Source of the DNA: Vulcanimicrobiota bacterium
GTDB taxonomy: Bacteria; Vulcanimicrobiota; Xenobia; Xenobiales; QWHO01
DNA: 64,000 bases
Direction: 5' to 3'
NCBI GenBank assembly: GCA_039809865.1
Contig: JBDHVW010000036.1
Location: forward strand, 1,796-65,795
Shown: positions 1 through 8,334 of the stretch, piece after piece
Numbering within the stretch: position 1 is the stretch's first letter
Layout: the number at the start of each line of letters is the position of its first letter
Notes under the pieces: model-generated
What the model saw: only the letters and a program-made list of their open reading frames with translations
Told to the model about the DNA's origin: nothing
Databases searched by the model: none
Translations under genes and position numbers: made by a program

Positions 1-737
1 GTCGCGATCTGCTTGACCGCCGGCAGCAAGGGGATGACCAGCGCGCGCACCTTCGGATCCTGGCTGCACAGCAACTGGTAGAGCACGTCCGACTCACCCT
101 CGCTCATCGTGGCGCCGTGCGAGACGATCTCGCGCACCGTGGCGGCGGTCGCCTCCTCGGGCTTCTGCGACTTGAGCAGCGCCCTCAGCTCGGGGGAGCG
201 CCGGTGGGTCGGCTGCGCGTGCACCTGTCCCTCGGGCGAGACGCGCGCCAGCTTGAGCGGCAAATGCGCCAGGCTGCAGGGCTTGGGCAGCTCGTGTCCC
301 CAGGTCTTCAGCTGCGCCTTCAAGTCTTGCACGAACTTCAAGTCGGGAGCGGCCTGGTACACCTCGTCGCTGGTCTCCGGGTCCTGCAGGCGCGCCTGGA
401 GCACCTGTCCCAGGTGCACGGTCTTGCGCAGCAACGTGGGATCGGGCGTCTCGATCTTGGCGAGGGCCTCGCTGATCGCCTGGCGCTGCTGGTCGTTGTA
501 GTTGGGCTCGAAGCTCCCGGTGTCCAGGATCGCCAGCGACAGCCGCCCCATCTCCGCCGCCACCCCGCGCTCGGGGCCGTGCAGCTTCTGTTGCAGCGCC
601 AGCCCCTCGAGCTCGGCATAGGCCCTGTCTTCCTCGCGCTGCGTGGCCAGATACGCGTCCACCGGCTGATCCGGAGGCTTTCCGTTCTGCTGAGGCGCGG
701 TCCAGAGCGACAGGCGCTGGGTGATCGAGGAGATCAT
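1..737 (-). CDS. Hypothetical protein, N-terminal 245 aa only; the gene runs past the window start. It is missing from the ORF track because there is no stop inside the window.
   Basis: Clean open frame from ATG at 735-737 (minus strand) to position 1, beginning MISSITQRLSLWTAPQQNGKP...; strong GC3 bias; no recognisable domain. Confidence 0.5.
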   Translation of the reverse strand, partial: MISSITQRLSLWTAPQQNGKPPDQPVDAYLATQREEDRAYAELEGLALQQKLHGPERGVAAEMGRLSLAILDTGSFEPNYNDQQRQAISEALAKIETPDPTLLRKTVHLGQVLQARLQDPETSDEVYQAAPDLKFVQDLKAQLKTWGHELPKPCSLAHLPLKLARVSPEGQVHAQPTHRRSPELRALLKSQKPEEATAATVREIVSHGATMSEGESDVLYQLLCSQDPKVRALVIPLLPAVKQIA

Positions 738-799
738 GGGTACCCAATAATTCCCTTTCAGGCTTCTTTCAGCCTGCACGGTTATGCTCCGGCCCGCTA

Positions 800-1233
800 T
801 GCAGATTACACCCGCCATTTCTTCGCCTTACGTCGCCCGCGCCGCCTCGAGCGTTGCGCCCCCCGCCGCCCCGCAGGACCGCGTCGAGCGCGGCACCCCG
901 GTGGCCGAGTTCCTGCGCGCCCTGCCGCCCATCCCGCGCGGGATGGTGGTGGGCTTCTCCACCCTGAGCGTGCCGCTGCTGGGCGGTCAACTGGGCGGCT
1001 TCCCCGGCCTGGCGCTCGGCACCGGACTGGCTTTCGGCTTCAACTACGCGGTCGACAAAGATCCCAAACGCGCCCTGGGCGCGGTCATCTGGCCCGCCAT
1101 CCTGGGCGGCATCCTGGCCTCGAGCGGCAACGCACCCACCACGATCGGCATCTGCGCCGTCGCCGGCATGGGCATCGCCATGGGCGCCCTGGCCGGCTGG
1201 CGCGCCCAACTCGAGGAGAAGGCCCGCGCCTGA
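800..1233 (+). CDS. Small glycine-zipper membrane protein (144 aa)
   Basis: ATG at 800 (MQITPAISSP...) within track ORF 784..1233; very high GC3; two Gly/Ala-rich hydrophobic segments (GLALGTGLAFGF, ILGGILASSG...AVAGMGIAMGALAG). Confidence 0.5.
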
Positions 1234-1316
1234 GCTTGCAACCCGAGATTGTCTGGCCCCAGGGGCTCGGGCTGCCTGGGCGGCGGCCTCGGGGGATAAG
1301 AGCCGGCTCGGGCCGT

Positions 1317-1814
1317 TTAGAGGCTCCCCATGTCAGTCCAGTTGAGATAGCGCCAGAGCGTCGGATTGTCGGTGTTGAAGGCAGTCCGTGAAGTGGTGGC
1401 CACGTCCAGCTCGGCCCGCAGGGCGCGGATGGCCAGGATCTCCGTCCCCCTTTTCAGGCGCGCCTCCGAGGTGATTTCCAGAATGCTGGTGGGCGGCGTC
1501 TGCCAGCGACGGTCGATCGTCACCGTGCAGTCGCCCAGCGGGGTCACCCCGTCGAGGTCGTAGAGTACCTCGGTGTAGCTGAAGTAGAGTTGGTCCTCGG
1601 CCAGTCTGGGAGGGAAGCTGGCATCCTTGTTCAGGCGGGCGCGGCAGCGCTCCAACCCCGACCAGGCCAGGCCCAACGCCTGTTGCGACAGGGCCGACTG
1701 CGTCGAGCTGCGGTAATTCAGAGCCTGTTTCCCCAGGAAGGCCATGCCCAGGACCACCATGACCAGCAGCAGGAACAACACCATCAACAGGGCGGCCCCG
1801 CGTCGGTCCCTCAT
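1317..1814 (-). CDS. Minor pseudopilin, GspK/PilX-like
   Basis: N-terminal hydrophobic segment RRGAALLMVLFLLLVMVVLGMAFL without the +5 Glu, as in GspK-type pseudopilins; last gene of the pseudopilin operon; 4-nt overlap with the upstream gene. Confidence 0.55.
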   Translation of the reverse strand: MRDRRGAALLMVLFLLLVMVVLGMAFLGKQALNYRSSTQSALSQQALGLAWSGLERCRARLNKDASFPPRLAEDQLYFSYTEVLYDLDGVTPLGDCTVTIDRRWQTPPTSILEITSEARLKRGTEILAIRALRAELDVATTSRTAFNTDNPTLWRYLNWTDMGSL

Positions 1815-2377
1815 CGCAGCGGCAGGAACACTTCCGTGGTCAGATCCCGGAAACGGCCCTCCTCCTCGATCCGCAGGGTCACCTCAAGGTTGTCGTCAGG
1901 TAAAAGTCGGGCCTGGAGCCCGGTCACCCTCTCGGACAGCACCTGGGTCTCGGAGGCGCCGCTGCTCTGAGTGGCTTCCCGCACGAGGTTGTTGCCGGCT
2001 ACCTCGAAGCGTACCAGAGTCAGATCCACCGGGTCGGCCGGATCCCAGCTGGCCAGGGGAGACGGAATGGGCCAGGGGGTTCGGACGCTGCCGGCGCCCG
2101 CATCGATGCGGTTGAGCTCGATGGTCCCCACCACGGCCGAGCTCGCCGGCTGGAGCAACTGCACGCCTTCACGGCATTCCGAGCGGATTCGATCCAGAGC
2201 GACTTGCATCGCGCTCAGAGTGCGCTCCTTGCCCGCGTCAAAGCGCATCAAGCTGAGGTAACGCGAAGAAAGCACGCCCACGGCTGCCAGCACCATCGCC
2301 AGCAGGGCGGTGGTCACCAGCGCCTCGACCAGGGTAAAACCCCGACTATTGCAGGACGAGCGGGACTGTCTGCTCAT
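1811..2377 (-). CDS. Type II secretion / type IV pilus-like pseudopilin with prepilin-type N-terminal cleavage/methylation motif
   Basis: N-terminus SRGFTLVEALVTTALLAMVLAAVGVL contains the G|FTLVE prepilin peptidase site with Glu at +5. Confidence 0.7.
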   Translation of the reverse strand: MSRQSRSSCNSRGFTLVEALVTTALLAMVLAAVGVLSSRYLSLMRFDAGKERTLSAMQVALDRIRSECREGVQLLQPASSAVVGTIELNRIDAGAGSVRTPWPIPSPLASWDPADPVDLTLVRFEVAGNNLVREATQSSGASETQVLSERVTGLQARLLPDDNLEVTLRIEEEGRFRDLTTEVFLPLR

Positions 2378-3137
2378 AACTCTTTCCCAGGTATCGCGCG
2401 CGGGCGGTCACGCGGCACAGGCCCGGACGCGGCCTCATGGTCTGGGTGCGCGGCTCGTAAAAATGGTGCTTGACCGCCTGACGACGACCGTCGCGGGTGC
2501 TCCCGGCCGGCTCCAGGGTGGCATTGCCCGTGACCCCGACCACCTCCCACGTAAAGGTGGCGTCCTGAATCTCGGCGCCCGCGTCATCCATCAGGTGAGC
2601 CTCGTACACGACCACGCCGGCGGCCGGCACCGGGTCGGGCGGTCCCCCCACGCGGTTGACCACGACCGTCTGGGCCACGCGGGGAGGCTCGGCTAGCTCG
2701 GTTACGACGCTGACCTCACGCGCGGGGCCGCCCCCCTCCCAGGAAACGCGCACGCGCACCGGCACCAGGCTGGTGCGCAGCTTGCGCTGGTCGGCGGGAT
2801 ACAGCGCCTCTAAGGTTTCACACGGCGAGAGCAGCTCGCGTCCCGCAGGCACGCAGTCGGTTCGAATGCTGAAGGCGGGCTCGTCGGGCTCGCTGAACGT
2901 GACGCCATTATAAGTTGCCCAGCCGGTGGCGAACTGAGCCGGGTCGCGCGCGAAGGCGCGGATACGATCAACGATGCGGTCGGCCAGCATCACCGCGGTG
3001 GCCACCTTCTGCGCCCGGCGATGCTCCTTGAGGGAGCTGTCGAACAGGGCTAGCACCACCAGCACCGAGGAGCTTAACACGAAGAGCGCCACCACGGTTT
3101 CAGCCAGGCTGAAGCCGCGCCTCACGGTGCCCAGCAC
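2346..3137 (-). CDS. Pseudopilin with prepilin-type N-terminal domain
   Basis: N-terminus RRGFSLAETVVALFVLSSSVLVVLALF, G|FSLAE motif; lies in the operon with the neighbouring pseudopilins. Confidence 0.7.
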   Translation of the reverse strand: MLGTVRRGFSLAETVVALFVLSSSVLVVLALFDSSLKEHRRAQKVATAVMLADRIVDRIRAFARDPAQFATGWATYNGVTFSEPDEPAFSIRTDCVPAGRELLSPCETLEALYPADQRKLRTSLVPVRVRVSWEGGGPAREVSVVTELAEPPRVAQTVVVNRVGGPPDPVPAAGVVVYEAHLMDDAGAEIQDATFTWEVVGVTGNATLEPAGSTRDGRRQAVKHHFYEPRTQTMRPRPGLCRVTARARYLGKSYEQTVPLVLQ

Positions 3138-5095
3138 GGGTTCTTATCCACCGCCGGGGAGGTGGTCAGTTGCACCACCTGCGTGCCGTCGCTGCGCATG
3201 ACGAAAACGTCGGAGCCACCCGTCCGGTCGGACGTGAACGCGATCTTGGAGCCATCGGGAGACCAGGTGGGCGCCCACTCGCTGAAGGTGTCGTTGGTGA
3301 GGTTGGTGCGCGCACCCAGGACGCCCGGCGCGTAAGACGCAACCCAGATGTCGCGAGACGAGCCCTCCGTGGATTCGAACGCCAGCCGCGAGCCATCGGG
3401 CGAGCAGGCGGCGTCATTCTGGTCCCAGGTGCTGCTGGTCAGCGGCAGCCGGGTGCCGTCCAGCCGTTGCTCGAACAGCTGATGGAATCCCCCGCTGGGC
3501 AAATTGAGCACGAACCCGGCCGTAGCCGTGCTGATGTCATCCGGGCGCCAACTGGTAGCCCCCAACTGACCCACGAGGCTGGTCCCTCCCAGCGGTTCCG
3601 GGCCGCTCAAAGAGGGATTGCTGGGGGTGCTTCCATCGGCGTTGATCCAGAAACTGCGATAGCCGCCGGCAACCTGACCCAGGAAGGAGATGCGGGTGCC
3701 GTCGGCCGACCAGCTGGGCGAGATGCAATCGCTGATGGCGGCCCAGGCTCCCGGTCCGCCCACGTCGGTCAGGGCGTGCAGTCCCGTGCCGTCCTGGTTC
3801 ATTACCACCAGGTTCCCCCCGCCGAAATAGCAGCTCTCGCAAACGATACGGGTGCCATCGGGCGAGAAACGGGGGCGGATGAAGAAACATGCGAGGTTGT
3901 TGTCGGCGCCGGTAATGCGCCGCTGATTGGTACCGTCCCCGTTCATCACGTAAATCTGGGCCGCGCCCCCGTCGCGATTGCTGTCGAAGGCGATCTTGCC
4001 GTAACGAGTCACCTCGACCTTGCCGGCCGCCCCGACGCGAGCGTTCGTGCTGGCGCCGCGCCCATCGGTAACGGTGCAGGTGAGAGTAACGATGTCGGTG
4101 GGGGCCAGCGCGGGCGGGGGCGGCGGAACCCAGGTCCAGACGGACCGCCAGGCGCCGGCGGTCTCGTCCCACTCCATCGAGACGGGCGCGGACGAAAAGG
4201 CGCCGCCGCGGTCGCTGCTCCAGGCGATTTCGACCGGGTCACCCTCGGCATCGTTGACCAGCACGACCAGGGTCAGACTGCCGCTGGAGAGATCGATGGC
4301 AGCGTCCGCGCCCGGCTGCAGCGTAGCCGGATTGGGCTGGGGCGAGAACGTGACCGTGACTGTGGGCGGGGTATTGCCGAGGGCCGGCACGGACGGCGGC
4401 GGGGCTGGTCCGGACATCGGCAGGGTGTCGTTGGCCACCACCTGAGGGTCTCCGCTGATCAGCCCGGGGGAGACGCTGACGGTGCCGGTCTTCGTGACCG
4501 TCACGGTGTGGGGGGCAAACACCTGCGACAAGGCAAAGCTGGCAGTGGATCCGACGGCGGCCGGCGTCCAGCTGGCGCCCTCGCAGATCACGATATGGTA
4601 GGCCTCGTCGAAGGCCACCCGGTCCGAAACCACCCCGCCGGAAGGGGTGAAGACAATGGCGTAGTCCCCGGGCCGCGGTAGGGCCCAACTGGCCAGGTTG
4701 AATTGGGACCCGTTGGAGCCCAGAGCTCCCGTGCCGGGGACGTTCGTGCCAGCGGTGAGGGGCCAGTGACCTACGAAGATGTACGAGTCGGGGTTCTCGG
4801 CAGCGAAGCTCGCGACCCGGAGGATGCGAGGATGCTCGTTGCCTCCGACCAGATAGAGAGACTGGCTGTGCGGAACGCTGCCGGCCTGGCCGGGGAAGAC
4901 CACGGCCACAGGCACTTTACGTGCGATGGCCATCTGGCGCGCCACTTTGAGCTCGCCCGCCACGCGCTCGGCCAGGGCGCGCGCACGAGCGCGCGACTCG
5001 CCGCCGCGGGTCGAGCCGAATCCGATGGCCAGCACGATTGCCAGGATGGCGATCGCGCTGACGACTTCCAGCAGCGAAAAGCCACGTCTCGTCAT
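3122..5095 (-). CDS. Prepilin-type N-terminal domain protein fused to a TolB/PD40-like beta-propeller (657 aa)
   Basis: N-terminus MTRRGFSLLEVVSAIAILAIVLAI (G|FSLLE); C-terminal half carries at least five PD40-type repeats (SPDGSKIAFTSDRTGGSDVFVMRSDGTQVVQLT; SPDGSRLAFESTEGSSRDIWV; SPDGTRIVCESCYFGGGNLVVMNQDGTGLHALT; SADGTRISFLGQVAGGYRSFWINADGS; AFDSNRDGGAAQIYVMNGDGTNQRRIT). Confidence 0.75.
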   Translation of the reverse strand: MTRRGFSLLEVVSAIAILAIVLAIGFGSTRGGESRARARALAERVAGELKVARQMAIARKVPVAVVFPGQAGSVPHSQSLYLVGGNEHPRILRVASFAAENPDSYIFVGHWPLTAGTNVPGTGALGSNGSQFNLASWALPRPGDYAIVFTPSGGVVSDRVAFDEAYHIVICEGASWTPAAVGSTASFALSQVFAPHTVTVTKTGTVSVSPGLISGDPQVVANDTLPMSGPAPPPSVPALGNTPPTVTVTFSPQPNPATLQPGADAAIDLSSGSLTLVVLVNDAEGDPVEIAWSSDRGGAFSSAPVSMEWDETAGAWRSVWTWVPPPPPALAPTDIVTLTCTVTDGRGASTNARVGAAGKVEVTRYGKIAFDSNRDGGAAQIYVMNGDGTNQRRITGADNNLACFFIRPRFSPDGTRIVCESCYFGGGNLVVMNQDGTGLHALTDVGGPGAWAAISDCISPSWSADGTRISFLGQVAGGYRSFWINADGSTPSNPSLSGPEPLGGTSLVGQLGATSWRPDDISTATAGFVLNLPSGGFHQLFEQRLDGTRLPLTSSTWDQNDAACSPDGSRLAFESTEGSSRDIWVASYAPGVLGARTNLTNDTFSEWAPTWSPDGSKIAFTSDRTGGSDVFVMRSDGTQVVQLTTSPAVDKNPCWAP

Positions 5096-5682
5096 TCCAG
5101 CCTACCGTGTCCATGAGAATGGGTGGTTGGCGTGCGCACCCGAACGAGAGGCGGATGGTGTCTCTCAACTACAAATTGTAGCACAGGGATACGGATGCTC
5201 ATGGAAGGATCGAGAGGAATTTTCTTGAGCCGGATCGGCTCGTATCCCGGCGAGCGGGCCTCCACCTGAACGAAAGTCGCCCCCGAAGAGCCTGCATTCG
5301 TCTGCAGGGCGACCTTCCTCCGGAAATCGCCCGCGGCAAGACCGTCCAGAGTCAGGTCGCACGGCAACTCGGGGAAATGGAGGATGAGGCGCACCTGCGC
5401 GACCGGGGGCTCGACCCGGCCCGAGACGGTCACCTCGAGCTCCCGTGGCGCCGGAGGCAGGTTGGCGTGACCCTGCGTCCCGGAGTGTCGCGTCTCCCAG
5501 GCCACGGATAAAACAAAGCCGAGAAAAACCACGCCAGCGAGGACGACGTTCCTGGACTTTGGCCGCACTCCAAAGGTTTCGCCAGTAGGCAGACGAGCCC
5601 TACCGCGCCCTCGAACGGACTCTTCACTTCGGGCACAAACGCGACCGTCAGCTCTGAGCGCACCTGTTTTGCAAGCCCCCAC
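5092..5682 (-). CDS. Hypothetical membrane-anchored protein, first gene of the pseudopilin operon; start codon uncertain
   Basis: Single TM segment VVLAGVVFLGFVLSVAW; its stop makes an ATGA overlap with the downstream pilin gene; the N-terminal part of the track ORF looks non-coding, so the true start is probably internal. Confidence 0.35.
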   Translation of the reverse strand: MGACKTGALRADGRVCARSEESVRGRGRARLPTGETFGVRPKSRNVVLAGVVFLGFVLSVAWETRHSGTQGHANLPPAPRELEVTVSGRVEPPVAQVRLILHFPELPCDLTLDGLAAGDFRRKVALQTNAGSSGATFVQVEARSPGYEPIRLKKIPLDPSMSIRIPVLQFVVERHHPPLVRVRTPTTHSHGHGRLE

Positions 5683-5714
5683 AGAGGGAGAATGTTGCTG
5701 CCTTCGTCAGGTTT

Positions 5715-6113
5715 CTACCCTGCGCCGAGAAGCCCGGGGAGATCATAGCGGGTAAAGACGGGGTCGTCGGACACGAGGGTCAGGCCTTCGCTTCTTGCCT
5801 GGGCAATCAACAGACGGTCGAAGGGGTCGTTGTGGACCTGCGGAAGAGCGAAGACCTCCGCGGCGTGAGAAAGCTGAATTGGAAGCACTTGGAACGGGCC
5901 CAACTCGGCCAGCCGTTGAAAGAAGACCAGAGGAGAAGTCGGTAGCTCGAGCTTTCCCTGGGACGCCTTGATGGCGGCTTCCCAAACACTGACGACGCTG
6001 AAGACTACCTGGTCGGCTCCGATGCCGATGATAGACCTGTGGCGGGGCTTGAGTCTCTTGTCATTGTCGGCCCACCAGAGCAGGATGTGGGTGTCCAGCA
6101 AATAGCGTTTCAT
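5715..6113 (-). CDS. vapC: Type II toxin, PIN-domain ribonuclease (VapC family)
   Basis: MKRYLLDTHILLWW...D...LVSDD has the PIN-domain acidic residues; 4-nt overlap with the upstream antitoxin gene. Confidence 0.85.
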   Translation of the reverse strand: MKRYLLDTHILLWWADNDKRLKPRHRSIIGIGADQVVFSVVSVWEAAIKASQGKLELPTSPLVFFQRLAELGPFQVLPIQLSHAAEVFALPQVHNDPFDRLLIAQARSEGLTLVSDDPVFTRYDLPGLLGAG

Positions 6114-6349
6114 TCGAAATGTTTCAGGAAGTCGTCATCCATGGGCTCGAAGAAGGAGTCGTGGATTTTGACCTGTCCTTCGAAGAGCCCGGGCTTTCTT
6201 TCGGTGTCAGGTTGCTTGTAGGGAGAGATCACCGCCACGGGTCGCCCGGCTTTAGCCACGATGACTTCTTCTCCCGAGCTGACCAGCGCGAGAATCGCGG
6301 AAAACTGGGTCTTGGCCTCGTGCACATTGAATGTCTTCATTGCACCCAT
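6110..6349 (-). CDS. Type II antitoxin, Phd/YefM family
   Basis: MKTFNVHEAKTQFSAILALVSSGEEVIVAKAGRPVAVISPY matches the Phd/YefM N-terminal fold signature; 79 aa; directly upstream of the PIN toxin. Confidence 0.8.
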   Translation of the reverse strand: MGAMKTFNVHEAKTQFSAILALVSSGEEVIVAKAGRPVAVISPYKQPDTERKPGLFEGQVKIHDSFFEPMDDDFLKHFE

Positions 6350-6367
6350 GCTATCCTGGACCCTGGA

Positions 6368-7138
6368 CTAAGTCAATGACCCACCTCGGGCAAACCCGTG
6401 TCGAGAGCCCTCCTCGATGGGCCGCGCGTCCGAGGGGGGCTCCCTTCCGGCAGGGAATACCACGCTCGCCATTCCAGTAACACTGGCTCCAGGTCGAAGC
6501 CGGACACCTGACCGAGCAACGGCGTCTAGCGCGGAATCGTCAAGTGCGTTTTGAAGGAGAAGCTGCGCGAGATTCACCTCGCTCAGGGTCACGGCCAGAG
6601 GCTCGACGTCGGGCCGCGGGGCGCCCTGCACGCCCTGGCGCAGCCAGCCGGGAAAGATCTGTCCGTCGTTCAAGACGGCGTAGCGGTGCAGTAGGACATC
6701 CGCCCGCGCGTGTCCGGTGACCACCATGTGGGCCGAGCCCTCCTGGGCGTTCTGCAGCACGAAGGTGCCAGAGATGACGTTCTGCCGGCCAACCAGCTCA
6801 TAGCTGCCGACTCGAAGGCCGCTCGGGCCGCCTTCTCCCTCGACCGTAAGCTTGCCTCGAAGGTCCCCGTCCGGGTCGGCGGTGATCTCCAGGAGCCCTT
6901 CCGTCCCGGGCCCCAGCGCGCCGCGCCCAAGAAAGTCCGGGGTTTCGGTCGGGACGCTCGCCGACGTCGCGGCGACGGGATCCGTGCCGCCGCAACCAGT
7001 GCCCAACAGAACCAGAAGAAGCAGTAAGAGCAGGTTAATAGCAGTGAGGCTGCGACGGGCCCGGAACCGGTTCCCCCTCCGTGCGCGCACCTGGAATGCC
7101 AAACCAGGATTCGATGCCCCCGTCATGATTTTGTCCAA
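6368..7138 (-). CDS. Lipoprotein of unknown function
   Basis: Signal peptide with lipobox (LLLLLLVLLGTGCGG); start probably an internal Met. Confidence 0.55.
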   Translation of the reverse strand: MDKIMTGASNPGLAFQVRARRGNRFRARRSLTAINLLLLLLLVLLGTGCGGTDPVAATSASVPTETPDFLGRGALGPGTEGLLEITADPDGDLRGKLTVEGEGGPSGLRVGSYELVGRQNVISGTFVLQNAQEGSAHMVVTGHARADVLLHRYAVLNDGQIFPGWLRQGVQGAPRPDVEPLAVTLSEVNLAQLLLQNALDDSALDAVARSGVRLRPGASVTGMASVVFPAGREPPSDARPIEEGSRHGFARGGSLT

Positions 7139-7326
7139 AACCTGAGGGGTGCAGCCGTGCGCGCTGACGCCGGCTGCCGGAGCGGGGTCCGGACCCCGTC
7201 GACCTTCAAGACCCGTTGGCTACCCTCTTGCTCGCTCGGTAAAGCGTCCGCACCGGGAAACGTCTCTCGTCAGGGAAGGTAAAGGTCTTTCGGAGCCCTT
7301 TCAGATTGGCGAGGTAGATTGGTCTT

Positions 7327-7932
7327 GTGAAGATTACAGGAAGTGGCGGAGGTCAGGATCTTCGCAGGGTTCCCTACAGCGGGCCGCTGAAGGCAGGCGA
7401 CTGGGTCGAGTATGCCAGCGACTGGCCCCGCCACGATGACTTCTTTGGCACACCCGTCGGAATCGAGTCTCTGGAAGGCTCTCAGGCGCAGCTCATCAAT
7501 TTGCGTGGCGAGGTAACCCGCATTAGCGCTCACGCTATCAGGGCTTGCGCGCGCGACAACATGTTGGCGCGTAGCCTGCCGGCTTTTGACCTGACCAGCG
7601 TGCCCGGGCTGGGGGCGGCCGTCGAGTTGATTCATTTCAATTTCATGTCAGACAGAATCCGCGCCGTGTTCGAAGACAGCGTCGTGCACTTGACCGGGCT
7701 TACCCCGCAGAAGAGCGCCAGTTGCCTGCTGGCTACGGTGGTGAACGATCGCGGTGAGTCGGCCCAGTTGGGGGTGACCGGCTTGAAGCGGGCGGACCTG
7801 CCCGTGCAGGTCGAGGCTCTTCTCAGACGGCAGAAAGCCGAATTGTGCGCCGGCAGCGGCCTGGGCGAGGTCGGCCAGGGGTTTCTGGTGGGAGGGGTTC
7901 GCCTGCCGATGCGCTCGAGGGGGACGATGTAG
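7327..7932 (+). CDS. Hypothetical protein (201 aa)
   Basis: ORF with coding-like GC3; no recognisable domain. Confidence 0.4.
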   Translation: MKITGSGGGQDLRRVPYSGPLKAGDWVEYASDWPRHDDFFGTPVGIESLEGSQAQLINLRGEVTRISAHAIRACARDNMLARSLPAFDLTSVPGLGAAVELIHFNFMSDRIRAVFEDSVVHLTGLTPQKSASCLLATVVNDRGESAQLGVTGLKRADLPVQVEALLRRQKAELCAGSGLGEVGQGFLVGGVRLPMRSRGTM

Positions 7933-7955
7933 TTGCACAATCGACCTCGGGTGGT

Positions 7956-8047
7956 TCGTTCCCCTGACGCACGATTCGTCGGTTAGGGGAACGACGTCAT
8001 TCCCTTAACCTGAGAATCGTCATTCAGGGGAACGACCCCCGGCCGGA
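7956..8047. repeat. REP-like palindromic intergenic repeat, copy A (about 90 bp)
   Basis: Roughly 85% identical to 16581-16672 by hand alignment; internal alternation of TCGTTCCC and GGGAACGA units predicts two stem-loops. Confidence 0.6.
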
Positions 8048-8322
8048 AGACACCCAGGCCGTGGCTCTTTTCTCTCGACGGCCGGCGGCGCGCCAGCTAT
8101 GCCTGCAAGGACACCTTCGGCCCCTCGGCCTACTTCCACTCGGCCGATTTTCGCGCAGGCCAACTGCTGGTGGCCGCCGGCAGCTTCGGCCTGGCCCGGC
8201 TTACGCTCGAAGGTCCGGGCCACCCCGAGGGCGCCAGCGCCGCCGAGCTGCGCGAAACCTCCCGCACCGTGCTGGTGGGCGGTATTCAGGTGCGCAAGCG
8301 CGGCTCGATTCTCCCCCAATAA
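8014..8322 (+). pseudogene. Start-less coding remnant immediately 3' of REP copy A
   Basis: About 100 codons with strong GC3 bias ending at TAA 8320-8322; no ATG/GTG/TTG start before the middle of the frame; the frame opens inside the repeat; the tail (...TVLVGGIQVRKRGSILPQ) weakly resembles the tail of the 7327..7932 product (...GFLVGGVRLPMRSRGTM). Confidence 0.3.
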
Positions 8323-8334
8323 GGAGGCGTGTGC

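Noticed and set aside
117-1391. 424 aa plus-strand ORF, and similar very long ORFs (16530..19322 +, 10291..11562 +, 11661..12788 +, 13549..14667 -, 32829..35861 +, 3170..4681 +, 53611..55785 + first two-thirds, 20239..21780 +, 21443..22876 -)
   Set aside because: Their translations are dominated by Arg/Gly/Pro/Ala/His runs with no motifs, which is typical of stop-poor alternative frames in 70% GC DNA. Each overlaps a gene on the other strand or frame that has clear codon bias and recognisable domains.
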